Part shown: one piece after another, positions 12,565 to 25,481 of the stretch | Layout of the letters: every line of letters begins with the position of its first letter | Position numbering within the stretch: position 1 is the first letter of the stretch | Source of the DNA: Eledone cirrhosa | Lineage: Eukaryota | DNA length: 64,000 nt | Direction of reading: 5' to 3' | Assembly: GCA_964016885.1 (NCBI GenBank) | Contig: OZ024747.1 | Span: 88,040,001-88,104,000 of the forward strand | The notes under the pieces: model-generated | Seen by the model: the letters and a program-made list of their open reading frames with translations, nothing else | Databases searched by the model: none | What the model was told of the DNA's origin: nothing | Position numbers and translations under genes: made by a program

Positions 12565-12855
12565 TGGCTTTGTGTAGTGTTAGGCTTGCAATCGTGTAGT
12601 TGTGAGTTCAATTCTCAGACTGGGTGATGCGTTGTGCTCTTGAGCAAGACACTTTAATTCATGTTGCTCCAGTTTACTCAGCTGTAGAAATGAGTTGTGA
12701 CATCACTGGTGCTGAATTGTATCGGCCATTGCCTTTCCCTTGGACAACCTCGGTGGCATGGAGAGGGAAGACTGGATTTGTGCTTCAGAGGAAGAACTTT
12801 CTAGGCACAAATCCCATGGTCATACATAACCGAAGGAGTTCTTTACCATTTACCT
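12565..12855 (+). mobile_element. tRNA-derived SINE family B (CORE-like centre)
   Basis: B-box gagttcaattc followed by gttgtgctcttgagcaagacacttt...ttgctccagtttactcagctg. Confidence 0.8.
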
Positions 12856-12879
12856 TATTGCCAGGTCAAATCGTAAAGA

Positions 12880-13180
12880 GGTTTACTTTGCAATTTTTAC
12901 CTCCTGGGTTTGATCCCACTACTTGGCATCATGGGCAAGTGTCATTTACCATAGCCTCAAGTCAACCCATGCATTATGAGTGAGATTGGGTAAACAGAAA
13001 CTGTTTGGAAGCCTGTTGGATGGGCTGTAACTATAATTCAAAGGGTAAGCCTTATCACACACTGTGTCATGCTGAATCTCCCTGAAAATTAAGTTAAACG
13101 TAGACATGTCTTTGAAAATGTGCCAGTCATATGTTAAATTCATGAGCAGGCTGTACTATTGATCGAACAACTGGAACACA
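12880..13180 (+). mobile_element. tRNA-derived SINE family C
   Basis: gggtttgatcccact...gggcaagtgtc...ccatagcctc...gattgggtaaacagaaactg plus shared tail. Confidence 0.75.
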
Positions 13181-13534
13181 AATATTCACATGCAGCATTT
13201 TCTGGGCATTTTAAGACCTAGCAGAGGCTATCTCCTCTCCAGGTATTTCACTCTCTCTCTCTTTATATATATATATATATAATATACACATATACACAAT
13301 AAATATGTGTGAGTGTCTGTGTGTGAGTATATATATGTGTATATCTATAAAATTACTAGAGCCATTACTCCCAGTTGACAATGACTTGGTAGCATGCACC
13401 ATAATCCTGCTAATGATTTTGGGTGGTTGGCCAGATACATACAGAAGCATCCAGGGTGTAATAACAAGAGAGGAAGATGACATCAGCACTAGGCCACTGC
13501 TTTCTTGACTAATACTATTATTTTTCTGTTACTC

Positions 13535-13757
13535 TTCAGTCTGGGAGGTTGTGAGTTTGATTCTTAGACTGGGTGATGCGTTGTGTCCTTGAAGAAGACA
13601 TTTTATTTTCATGTTGCTCTTGGACAACATTAGTGGTGTAGAGAGGGGAGACTGGTACACATGTGCGACTGCTGGCTTTCCACAAACAACCTTGCCTGGA
13701 CTTGTACCTCGGAGGAGAACTCTCTAGGTGCAAATGCCATGGTCATTTGTGACCCTT

Positions 13758-13762
<5 letters not shown>
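13535..13762 (+). mobile_element. SINE family B copy
   Basis: Near-match to 12600-12855. Confidence 0.75.
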
Positions 13763-13795
<33 letters not shown>

Positions 13796-14147
13796 AAAGG
13801 TGGGCGAAGACAACGCAGAAATGGACAAAACACAGGACAGCCTCTTCTTATCAGTTAACCTCTGAAAATATAGTAGCCAGGGTGAGAACCAGGTGGAAAA
13901 AGTTCAGCGAGCTACTATAACTGTTAGCTGCAAAGTGTCTCTCCCTCAGAATGAAAGATAGATTGTATGATGCTTGTTCATGAATAGCAATGTAGTATGG
14001 AAGTGAGACTTAAGCTTTGTGTGCATGCTCAGAGGTGTGTGTAACTGTAGTATGTATGAACGATGGAATGTCAATGAACTGAAATAGAAACTGGACATAA
14101 GAAAGGTCAAATGCAGTGTGCAGCACAGAAGATGCATCTAGAGGATG

Positions 14148-14309
14148 CAGTGCTGGATTTACCATTGTGCTTAGGTGTCCTTAAGCACAGGACTCCATTG
14201 GCCAGGGAGGGGGTCCATCTTCCTGCCAAAAAATGTTTTCACCTCCTTCAGGGCCCAAGTAAGGGGCTTCATAACTAGCAGAGAGCCTCATTTGTCCTAA
14301 ATTCAGCAC
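14148..14309. mobile_element. hAT-type MITE
   Basis: TIR cagtgctggattta/taaattcagcac, 8-bp duplication agaggatg, homologous in inverted orientation to 26779-26938. Confidence 0.8.
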
Positions 14310-14899
14310 AGAGGATGACAAGTCGACTGGTGACATACCATAGCACATGTGAGCATGATGAAATGAGCATAGAGAGGATAGTTGTGAAGAAGCAAAAAAG
14401 TGTAATGACATCTAGATCCCTAGTATATATCATTCTTCCTCATACAATACTCTCCACCCCCTTCCCTTTAGTCTTCCTCCCCCTTTCCTCATCTAATCCA
14501 TACCCTCTTCTTAGTCCAACTTTTACTACAATACAAAGACAGACACACTCCATGGTGCCATGACAAAATTCTCAGTTGGGGTTAGGAACCATATCAAAAT
14601 TTGTTGTATGAGTTAGACATGGTCTAGTCTTAGAACATGACAACCTGTCTAGCACATACAAGTGTGGGAAATATATGCTTAATAGTGATGATGATGATGT
14701 GCTTGCTCGTAGCATTAACATCTCCATTCCCTGTCAAACCCATGCCTGCATGGAAAGTTAGGCACATTTCACAGATGTAGCTCACTCTCTTCAAGGCCAC
14801 CATAATCTGACATTGTCTCTCAATGTGGGATGATTCCTTCAATTGGTAAGCGATTTATAGCTCCACACTCATATATTACACTCCCACTTCCACCACTGC

Positions 14900-15220
14900 C
14901 TCCCCGGGCCAAGAATGCAACGAGCACTTTAATGTCATAACGAGGCCATGCAGGTGTCATAATAAAATAAACACATCCCACTCAATGAGGTGGTAGTGTT
15001 GGTGCCACGAAAAAAAGCACCTAGTCCAGCCTGTAAGGTGGTAATGCTGGTGTCACAATAAAATCTCCCTGTACACACGGTAAAATGGTTGGCGTTAGGA
15101 AATGCATATACATGTTTGAAGAAACCATGTCAGATTGGAACATATGAGCAAAACGTGGTCACCTAACAGGTTTAACTCATGTAAGCATGAAAAGTAGACA
15201 TTAAACAGGGATGATGATAT
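14900..15220 (+). mobile_element. RTE-related 3' UTR/tail repeat
   Basis: Repeated gtaaagtggt...ggtgcca units, gttggcgttaggaa, ending catgaaaagtagacattaaa..gatgatgat. Homologues at 20060-20360 and 43190-43530. Confidence 0.65.
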
Positions 15221-15989
15221 ATAATATATAATATATATATATATATATATATGAAGACTTAAGCTCTAATCTCGATCAACAGCATAATTTAGTATCGACA
15301 TTCTAGAAAAGATTGCTGATTACTGTGAGAGAGAGAGGTGGGTGGAGAAAATAAAAAATATAATTAATTTTATGTTTTTTACTTTATATTGACTATGGGT
15401 AATAAATAATTATATAAACAAACGAAAAACACAATTAAGACATTCTTTTGTTTGTTTGTCTTTTGCCTCAAACCATACTTTAATAGTAATGTAATGTTAA
15501 AGGTTTTCATAATATTCACCTATAGCATTTCCTACTTGTCCTTCAAGTTTGTTTAAATTATATATCTATCTATTTTGCCAATATACACAGCTCTACTATT
15601 TAGACTATAGCTTATCCACCCACGCAGTTTTTCTCCAAACTGCAAACCAAGAAGCTCAAATATAACCCCGCTTTAAATTAATCTTTTATTTTATTTATAT
15701 TTTTAAGTGGCTACTTCTTTTCTAAATAATTATTGATATTGTCTAGCTAAATTATTGATGAATTAATATTTTAAAATTCCATATTTTATCAAGTGTTATA
15801 AAATAATTTTCTTTTTTAAGTTCAGCAATTCTAACAGGAAAGAAAACATATTTTGTTTTGTAACTGTTATTTTAATTTTATTTTATCTATTTATTTTAGT
15901 CAGTTTGCTTTTTGTGTGAATTTCATTCATTCATTAATTCAGATTTACCAGATGTAGTTAGGACAGAGTTATGAGTTATTAATAACTGT

Positions 15990-18305
15990 TGACAGGTTAG
16001 CTGAAATGAAAGAGGAGATAGGTAAAGACGAAGGACGAATAAATGAAAATCTACGCAAAAATAACTAAAATAAAAAAAAAACCACATCAAAACAAGACAA
16101 AATAAACCACCGAAGCGATGTTAAAGAGCAAAAAAACATTATCATTAAGGAGTATCGTGTTGATAGAAGCGGTAGAGCAACGGTTTAAATGTCTTATAAT
16201 ATTTACTTTCATTCCTCTTTATCCTTTGTAGACGATATACCAGTCATGTACTGAGGTTCATTGATCGGCTGTTTTCCTATGCACTGAAATGTTCTAACCT
16301 TGTATCAATGTGAAAAATTATTAACATTATTATACAACGATGACGGAATGACAATATTAGTAATACAGCTCTAGTAGATAGATTTAAAAAAAAAAGGAGA
16401 CGAATATGGTGAAATATAGAGAAGATTTGGCGAAATAAAAAGCGTAGTAAATAATCGAAGGAAAGATTTCTATGGTGTATGAAAGAGAGTAAGGAAGGCA
16501 AGCTATGAATGTTTATAAACGGAGGTGAGGAGGGAAAGACAGACAAGAGCAGAGAAAATAGTGAAATAAGAGCAGACAAGGAGAGAAAAGGCGATAGAAT
16601 AGGATATAGCAAGAGAGAGAGCGCGAATTAGAGAATGAGAGAAAGGGAGTGTCAGGTGAAGATAATACATAGAACTATGTATGATAGATAGATAAAGTAA
16701 GAGAAAGAGGAAGGTTAGCAGAGGCTGTGAGATGCAGGCACTATTATTGCATGTAGTCAGCGAGTGTTGTTTGCAATACCAGTGGGTTTAAGAGTAGCCA
16801 AGTTCTCGGAGATAAACGCATCTTTTACACTCCAATCACTTCATTAAGGAATTTTATACATCTTCATATTGGTGCATATTAAATTCTTACTAAAAACTCG
16901 ATGGCCCCACTGTCCGGCATGAACATGAGACATTAACATGGCGACTTTTCTCTATAACTGCAGACGACACTACTTTCAAGTGAATTTTACCGGCATATAA
17001 AGCAGTCATGTTGCTTTTAGAAAACATGCTTTCGAACACGGATAAATATATACGATGTTGAGATATTATTAAAGTTTAATAATTGATTAGGAAGGTAAGT
17101 TTATTTGTTAACTTGTTATGATAAAGACTACTTCTGTTTGACCACACTTGTTTCAACACTGAGTTTTTAAATAATGGATCATTATTGATCTTCATTACTC
17201 AAAAAATATCGTAAATATATATTAATTATTAATGAAATGTAGTGCGACATGTTGCAGAAATGATATACAAACCCTTTATTCTTATTTTATTAACGAAATT
17301 AAGTTTGAATTTCATTTACTCCGTAAATGCTGAACTTTCATATGTAATTCTAAATATAGTATGTACTGAAATATTTTACATGAAAGAAAAGCACCAAGTA
17401 AGTATAGAATCCAAACACTAGACTATTAATTATGCTAGATAATTAATTTAATACTGTATTTTCTATTCTATTAACAAGTTGAATATATATATATATAATA
17501 TAATATATATAATATATATATATATCGTAGTCGCTGGTGTTTACGTTGCATTATAGTGTTGGCAATCGTTCTCTCTCTTTAAACAATATATTCATTTCTT
17601 CAATTCCTCGTATTGCTTCATTTATCCCTCTACCTTTCTATTTATTTAAACATTTCTTCGCATCCCTATTGGAATGATGTAGAAATGAAATATCGATTCC
17701 CACTTGTTAAATTTTTAGTTTATTACAAACTTACTTTCGATGATATTCCATGCCATAATCGGTTATTATTAAAGTGCTCCTACCTGCTGTTTCCCTTCTC
17801 TAAACAATACACTCAACCGCTGTAGCATTTTATACATTTATTATCATCGGCCTCTCTCTCGCTCGCACGCATATAATGAATGATGCGAAATAATAAAATA
17901 AAAACACGAAGAAGGTCTTTTGGGATTTTGCAGACAAGTGTGGCATCCGATTATATTTTCACCAAGATGTGTTCGACTTTCCTCTGAGTAAATCTTCCGC
18001 ACTATGCGATAACGATCTGCTCAACTAACCCCATGCCCCTTCTCGTTCTCACACCGGAGAATAGATTAAAATAGCAACTCCTTCCTAATCAAGTCGTTTA
18101 TGCTTATTAAACCGAACCGTTCTGCTTTCTCTACCTGTGAACAGTCGCCTTTATATATGGAATTTCTTAATTTATTTTTAATTTGTAACAATGCAATTTC
18201 AAATGTCAAAGAAGATATTGGAACTCGCTTTGACAGTTATATTTGTGTGTGTGTGTATACACACCCAGGGAATAGCGCGGGTCCTTTACTCCGTTGCTTC
18301 ATTTG

Positions 18306-18343
<38 letters not shown>

Positions 18344-18900
18344 CATACACGTACACACACACATGCAGATATAACTGGAATACCATTTTGCAATATATAC
18401 TTTATATATTATGTAACACTCACTAATATAGCTGGTATGACATATATTCCCGTGTATATAACTGGTATATATATATTCGCATCTATAAATGCATAATTTA
18501 AGTTTATCATAAAAATATTAACCACTTCTACACACACACACACATACATACATACATATATATACGTGTACACACAGACACATATATTTCTAAGCAAATG
18601 TAACCGCCCTTTTGGCCAGGGAATTATAATATGCTTATGCTTAGAAGCGCGCGCGTGTATATTTTGATATAGATTTTCGTGTACTTGGTTAAACAGAAAA
18701 AATGCGAACCGAGTCGGAAAATAACAACAGCCCAGTAAAAATAACGCAACAAATAATCATCTCTTTACCCCTCCTCCTTCTTCCCTATCGAAGAAGAACC
18801 TCTGCAACCGTGTGAATCATTCATCTGTAAGAGATATATAATTTTTTGCTGCAACCACGACTGCCAGATAGTCCGATTATATCTCCTTACAACAGTACAC
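15990..18900 (+). promoter_or_regulatory. CpG-retaining, TE-poor promoter-like region
   Basis: Visibly more CG dinucleotides than the flanks (gcgcgaa, cgctcgcacgc, agcgcgcgcg), almost no SINEs, CCAAT/ATTGG near 16833 and 16868, a YY1-like AACATGGCG at 16935 and a strong donor at 17095. Confidence 0.6.
16740..17094 (+). other. Probable non-coding first exon (start uncertain)
   Basis: Ends in a consensus donor AAG|GTAAGT inside the CpG-rich zone and holds only short closed ORFs. Confidence 0.5.
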
Positions 18901-19639
18901 TGCAACCCATCTAAAAACTTAGTTGTTTTGTTCTCTTTCATGGCACACACCACCACAGCTGATAATAAAAGCCTTTAATATCTCTCTAGTTACACATACA
19001 AAAAAAAAAAACCTTATTTTATGTGTTATCATATTTCAAATGACATACATTGTATTTCAATGAAGAATTCGGAGTGATTTAAAAAAATTACTATTTCATT
19101 ATTAGGATGGTATTTGCAACACATCTGACATTGAAAGATTTTAATTTAAATAGGAATCCTTTAAAATGGTGATTTTGTTTCATAGAATCAGAGCCTGGTG
19201 GGTATCAAAAGGCAGTTCTAAATTAACTATAGATGATATTATGAAGTGCTTTGACATATTTGTGCACATCTTTAATTTATTTAGATAATTAAAGGATGCA
19301 ATATAAAATATGTATATGACAGGTTTCTGTGGTTTCTGTCTACTAAGCTTCACTAACAAAGCATTAGTGAACCTGAAGAGGCTGAAGTACAAGACATCTG
19401 TCCAAGATGCCACACTGATTGTGAACCTGAAACCACATATTCTTGACTCCCACAAACTACATGCCCTTGTAAAGTTTGTATTTCCCAAAGTATTCAAATT
19501 TAACTAAAATTGTGACAGTGCTTATACTCACTCTGATTGATGGTCAAGATCTCAGACCTCATTCGCTTGCCGAGTAGGATGGATCTTGTCAAATCGGAAC
19601 AATTGCTGATACTATCTACCGGTCGCAACTGCTGACAGA

Positions 19640-19755
19640 AGGAGCAATGTGAAATAAAGTGTCTTGCTCAAGAACACAACGCATCACCCGGTCTGGGGAT
19701 TGAACTCACCTTACAATTGTGAATCCAACTCTGTAACCACTAAGCCACATACCTT
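19640..19755 (-). mobile_element. SINE family B head
   Basis: ggagcaatgtgaaataaagtgtcttgctcaagaacacaacgca...gattgaactc...taaccactaagccac. Confidence 0.8.
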
Positions 19756-19920
19756 CAAGGATATCCACAATACACCAGTGGGCAAAGATTTTGCAAGACA
19801 TCAGATCATAACAAATGACAGTGGACAGAATCTCTAGATCAGTTTCTTCAATCCTTAAAACTCTTGGCTAAAGAATCCGACTTCAAGGCAGTATCATTTG
19901 AACTGTATACCCAAAATACA

Positions 19921-20058
19921 ATAATTGTTTCTACTTTTGGCACAAGGCCAGCAATTACCCAGTGCATTACTGGTACTTTATTTTATCGACCTCGTAAGGA
20001 TGAAAGGCAAAGTTAACCTCGGCGGGATTTGAACTCAGAATGGCAAGGACCGTAACTC
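19921..20058 (-). mobile_element. SINE family A (5'-truncated)
   Basis: Near-identical to 62857-62992. Confidence 0.9.
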
Positions 20059-20699
20059 TGTGTGTCAAAATACAATAATGGATGCTTTTCATGATAAAAT
20101 ACACCTAGTATACCATGTAATGTGGTCATGCTGGTGACACGATAAAATGCATTCAGTACACAATATAAAGTGGTAGTGCTAGAGTGCACTATGTAAAGTG
20201 GTGCTACTGGTGTAACAATAACATCCAGTACACTGTAAAGTGGTTGGCATCCAACCGTAGAAACTATACCAAAATAGAACATATGAGCCCATTTAGTCTC
20301 ACAATGTGACAACCTGTCCAACTCATGCCAGCATGGAAAATGGACATAAAATAACGATGCTTTTATTTCTAGAACAATATTGAGAAGTACGAAGCTCGGT
20401 TCACTTTAAAATATTGGAAAACAACACAAGCTAGAGTATTGGAGTTTAGTTTAAAAAATATGTTATTGTTTGTATTCTCAGGATATCCTTGTAAATACTA
20501 TTGCTGTGATGAGAAGGACACCAAATCAGAAAACTACTTCAGCAGCTGACTGTCACGCTTCTTTTTTTATTTTTTGCGGTGGAAAGTATTGGCATTAGCG
20601 TGATTACAGAAAATGTCCATCTAAAGATGTTGCCAGTGTGAGAAAAAAGACATTTTTCTCAAGTCTGAAAATCTCATAATGAACTCATAGGATGTTGTT

Positions 20700-21590
20700 C
20701 ATTATCATCATTGTTTAATATCCATTTTTCCATGCTAGCATGGGTTAGATGGGTTGTCCCATTAGAGGCAAGTTGGGTCAGGTGACTGTGTCTTGCTCGT
20801 ATAGAACTATTTCTGGCTATGATTCTACGGCTGGATGCCCTTCCTAACACCAACCACATTTACAGTGTGGGCTGGGTGCTTTTTGTTGTGACACCCACAT
20901 GACCATTTTACAGTATGGGCTGGATGCTTTTTTTTGTTGTGATACCAACATAACTTTACAGTGTAAGGGTGGTGTGGACAGAAGTGAGTGGTTGTTGGGG
21001 GTGTATGGAAGGGGTATAGTGGTTAAGAGGTGCCTGCTCAATGTATGTTTGAGTCTGTGCGCATGGGAAAGCGTCTTCTGTATTACTGCATAACGGCAAA
21101 GATCTCGATCCTGTGTCATTGTCTTTGAGAGGTGCAATTACGCAAGGACAGTTTTTATCACCTGTCCCAGGTCTTTCTGTGTCTTCCTACTCTGTAGCTT
21201 CCAACAATTTTGATTGCCTTGCACCTGTTTATACAGCTGTTGTCCTTCATTCACATCACATGACCATACCAACGCAATATCTAGCATACTGCATCTGATC
21301 CCTCTTATGCCTAATTTCTTTCTTAGTTCATTTATGCTTTGCCATTCGTGTGTATTATTATTACACATCCATCAGAGCATGCATGATTCATTTCTTTCCA
21401 ATCTTCACAAGTCCTCTGCACACAGGGCCCAGGTCTCACGACCATGTAACATTACTGTTTATATACATGCATTGTACAATCTTCCCTTCATTTTAAGGAA
21501 AAATCTTTTGTAGCTAACAATGGTAGTAGCTCTGAACTTTCTCCATCCCGTTCTTACTCTGGCTACTGTACTTTTGAAACACCCTCCTCC
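20700..21590 (-). mobile_element. 5'-truncated RTE LINE (ORF end, 3' UTR and (GAT)n tail)
   Basis: Minus strand ELRKKLGIRGIRC...RWYGHVM...GRHRKTW, followed by UTR units and catggaaaaatggatattaaacaatgatga. Confidence 0.85.
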
Positions 21591-21689
21591 TGTTATAAAT
21601 CAATTTCCAATGCACTAATTTCTACAACTTTGTTAAATTTTTCAGTTTTATTGGAACATCCATTGTTTTGTAAATTCATTACTATTGTA

Positions 21690-21755
<66 letters not shown>

Positions 21756-21886
21756 GTGAGGTTTTTTTTACAAAATGAAAAATAACCGAGGTGTCCTACA
21801 TGAGTGAAAGTATAAAGAAAAAGAGATGAAATCGAAAATGCAACTGGAGTCTTATTTTTAAAAAAAATATATATATTTATTTGGTT

Positions 21887-21924
21887 CCTTTACCGGTTTC
21901 GCAGTTCTTCTGCTTTTCAAAAGG
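21887..21924 (-). ncRNA. Minimal type-I hammerhead ribozyme (mirror copy)
   Basis: Exact reverse complement of 21968-22005. Confidence 0.75.
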
Positions 21925-21967
21925 TGAGTTGAGATGGGGGGTCTGTCAGACCCTCCATCTCAACTCA

Positions 21968-22005
21968 CCTTTTGAAAAGCAGAAGAACTGCGAAACCGGT
22001 AAAGG
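21968..22005 (+). ncRNA. Minimal type-I hammerhead ribozyme, U3-A8 core variant
   Basis: cctt-TTGAAAA-gcag-aagaa-ctgc-GAAA-ccgg-TA-aagg: 4-bp stem I, 4-bp stem II, palindromic ACCGGT stem III and a GUA cleavage triplet. Confidence 0.75.
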
Positions 22006-22169
22006 AACCAAATAAATATATATATTTAAAAAAAAAATAAGACTCCAGTTGCATTTTCGATTTCATCTCTTTTTCTTTATATATATATATATATATATAT
22101 TACAATATTAATGAACATACAAAAAAAAAAATGGATGTTCTAATAAAACTGAAATAAAAATGACTTTGA

Positions 22170-22520
22170 TCTGAAGGAAGAATGGTGAAGATCATGGAAT
22201 GAGTCCAAATTTGCCAACCATGACCTTGTCCAGGATCCCACATAAAAACCAGCCAGCTTTGACCTTCCTAGAAAGCAATCGGTGTCCCTTAATAGGGTCT
22301 ACACAACACGTGCCTGGACAGTGAAAATGAAAGATAGCCTAACATGTGACTTTGGGGACTGTGACCAGACAGCGCTGCATGTTGTTCAGGATTGCCCCCT
22401 CAGACGTTTTCCCGGCATCCTGGATGCAATCCATAATACTACAAATGACACCTTAGTCTGGCTCACCAATCTTGATCTCCCTCTAACCACTGTGAATATA
22501 TCATACGGAAAGAAGACGAC
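22170..22520 (+). mobile_element. Vingi/Ingi-like LINE C-terminal fragment
   Basis: SFDLPRKQSVSLNR...TCDFGDCDQTALHVVQDCPLRRFPG...LVWLTNLDL, a decayed CCHC knuckle region. The clade call is from motif recall. Confidence 0.7.
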
Positions 22521-22604
22521 TATTGTAATAAAAATCATTACAAACTTTAGTTGAGAATGGAATCACTTTATCAAAATTGAATTGTTAAGCAGAATGGTAT
22601 AGTG

Positions 22605-22809
22605 CAGAGTTTCCCAAACTTTTTCAAATGCAGAACCCTTTTTGGTTCAGAAACTTTTTGGAGAACTCCACCAAAGTCTAATAGGTATATGGTCATAATA
22701 TAAATATACTCCTCTACCCTTTTTTACATAACCCTAGACACTCCTTTGTGGAACTCTTGTGTTCCTTGGAAACCCAAGAGTTCCGCGGAACCCACTTTGA
22801 GAACCACTG
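22605..22809. mobile_element. hAT (Charlie-like) MITE
   Basis: TIRs cagagtttcccaaa/tttgagaaccactg; 8-bp TSD gtatagtg/gtctagtg. Confidence 0.85.
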
Positions 22810-23439
22810 GTCTAGTGGTTTAGATATGAAACCATTCAGGATACCATTATCATTTTTTTGTCTGATTTCCATGTTGGCATGGGTTGGATGGGTCATTACA
22901 GTCCAAGATAGATGTCTTGTTCAAATGTTCCATATATTTTGGCATGGTTTCTACAGCTGGATACCTGTCCTACTGCCAACCAGTTTAGAGAATGTATGAG
23001 ATGTGTTTTATCATGGCACCAACCCATCACAAATAATACCTTGTCATTGATTTCTCATTCACTCATCACATTCATATTCTTCTTGATGTTTTTTCTAGTG
23101 TCTGTCATGGATAAGTTAATGCATACTATATTGCAGCATTTATATTTTAGTAAGAGGGGTATGAAGCATATCTTTTATCAACTACTATTGGCAATTAAAA
23201 GTCATTCTTATGCTGCTTTTGAAGTTTCAGGACAATTGTATCAGTATATAATACTTCCATTTGACTTTATGAATACTGTGGCATGTTTTCAATAAGTGAT
23301 GAACAAAATTATCTTGAATCAATTTGAATCTAGTTACTCATATTTAAATGACATCCTTGTATGACAGAAATTTGCAGGCACTTTTGTGATGACTCAACAA
23401 CCTCAATATAAATAACTCTTTCTAGTAACAACTTTCCTT

Positions 23440-23600
23440 TTAACCCTTTGGATACCAAACCACTTAAAATCTCTTCTGGTTCTATGATACAAAACTGTTT
23501 ATTTTAATTTGTTTATATTTATCTAAAAACGTCTCCATCATACTTCTATGGAAGAACCTTATGTTAAGATATGCTCAAAACACCAGCTTAATGCTGATTT
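23440..23600. mobile_element. piggyBac-type MITE family 2 fragment
   Basis: ttaaccctttggatacca...ggttctatgatacaaaactg. Further fragments near 19010-19215, 31160-31560, 38940-39118 and 40100-40500. Confidence 0.65.
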
Positions 23601-24567
23601 CTGGCTTGAATGAAAGCATTCTAAAATATTTCCTCCTGTCCCACTTTTTTATCTTATATTTAATTATGTTCCATGAATTTTAAATAAAACATTTAGAATG
23701 TTTTTTGACAGTTTGTAGCATTTCTGTGTAACAGATGGACTGTACAGTTATTATAATATAGATCCTTAACTATGGATTGTGTAACATTTTTGGACAAAGA
23801 TATTGTTTCCTTAACCAAGCCAAATTCTGTAATATTTGATCTGTTGAAATAATAGTTGTCAAATGTCACTGTTCTAAATAGTTTATGTATTGGAACATTT
23901 TGATAGACCAAAACAAAAATATGAAAATGCCTTCAATGAATGACTGACAGGTTTTACAATGAAACAAACCCATTCATAATAGATCCTCCATCAGTTTCAA
24001 TGATGAGCATTTAGTTGTTCAGTCAACTGAACACACAACTCATGAATTAATGTGTAAGTGGTTGAGTATTCCACAGACAATTGTACCATTAATATAATAC
24101 ACAAGCCAAATCAATGTGACACAGTATGTAAACATGGTTCAATCTCTGAATTAGAGATGCAATCTATTTGATAGGTTCCTATTCAGTTTCCATCTATTCA
24201 ATTTCACTCACAAGGTTTGGGTTGGCCTGAGGCTATGGTAAGAGACAATTGCCTAAGATACACATGGTAGAGTGGGAACAAAGTAGTAGGTTGGTAAGAG
24301 GGATAGTAAGAGTGGTGGATAGAAAGTGAAAGAGGAAAGAGAGTAATCTAAGTGTGAAGCGGGTGACAATAATGGTAGGAAGTAGAGTGAAAGTGGCAGT
24401 AGGGGGATTCAGTGGAGTAGTTGAATAGAGAAACAATATGAGTAACGTGACAGGATATCACTGGAGATATGTCATGGTAGGAGAGAATGAATGATGGGTA
24501 TCATTTTACTTATATATAACATGATAATGATATCTTTTGTCTGGATGTTACTAGACTGTGTAAGTTT

Positions 24568-25010
24568 CATCATCACCGTTTTACGTCCATTCTTCCACAC
24601 TAGCATGCGTTAGATGGGTTGTCCTGTTGTGGTCAATGCCAGGTCGGGTGACCTTATCTTGCTCATACGGGAACTGATTTTGGCTTGATTTCTACAGCTG
24701 GATGTCCTTCCTAACACAAACCTCATTTACAGTGAGTACTGGGTGCTTTTTTACTGTGGCACCTACATGACCACTTTACGGTGTGGGCTGGGTGGTTTTT
24801 TGTTGTGACACCTCCATGACCATTTTGCAGTGGGAGGGGGTGGGGGCATATTGTCTATATGCTTCAGCTTCAGCTTGTACCCATGGGAAGTTAGGTGTTC
24901 TGTATTACTGCATGATGCCAGAGGTCACAGTCTTGTGTCATCGCCTTTGAGAGGTTCAATTGGGCAAGGTCAGCTTTTATCACCTCATTCCAGGTCTTCT
25001 GGGGTCTCCC
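24568..25010 (-). mobile_element. 5'-truncated RTE LINE 3' end
   Basis: Same UTR and ORF-end layout as 20700-21250. Confidence 0.8.
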
Positions 25011-25481
25011 CACTCCAAGGCTTCTGCACCTTTTTATGCAGCTGTCATCCTTCATACGCATCACATGTCTTATTGTTAATTAACATATTCATCTTGGCTA
25101 TCTTCAGGTTCTTTTCAAGATTTCAAATGTTGAAAGAGATGTATTGATTGTGCAGTGAGTACCATGTTGTTTGTATTGTATATAGCTGTCATAAGAACCC
25201 AGCAGGAAATCCAGTGTGAGGCATGAAAGACGGGAGTGGTACTAACTGACATAAGATGCAGTGATCAGTCAACTTTGACCTTAATTCAGATATTCAACTG
25301 CAATTTATTTACTTCTATTTTATTACTCACCATGCTGGAACCCATTAAATGCCTTGTAGCTCAGCAAAAGCAATGTGTGGTCAAATAACCTTTCATCAAT
25401 ATACATTTCAGTAATGTTATCTATGTTCCAGCCTAATACAAACTGCATACAATCCATTTTTATGTTCTGTAATTTGTCTCA

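Larger units (their letters stand above)
21750..22081 (-). mobile_element. Young fold-back element in (TA)n, Penelope-like terminal-repeat remnant
   Basis: Near-perfect ~270-bp palindrome 21811-22081 centred at 21946, a unique extension 21750-21810, TA tracts on both sides and a hammerhead in each arm. Confidence 0.8.
21640..22154. repeat. Outer inverted repeat enclosing the (TA)n tracts and the inner palindrome
   Basis: tttcagttttattggaacatccatt...cattactattgtaa (21640-21690) pairs with ttacaatattaatg...aatggatgttctaataaaactgaaa (22100-22154). Confidence 0.8.

Noticed and set aside
20465-20560. Acceptor-like tgtattctcag followed by complex sequence
   Set aside because: No clear donor and no sustained reading frame.
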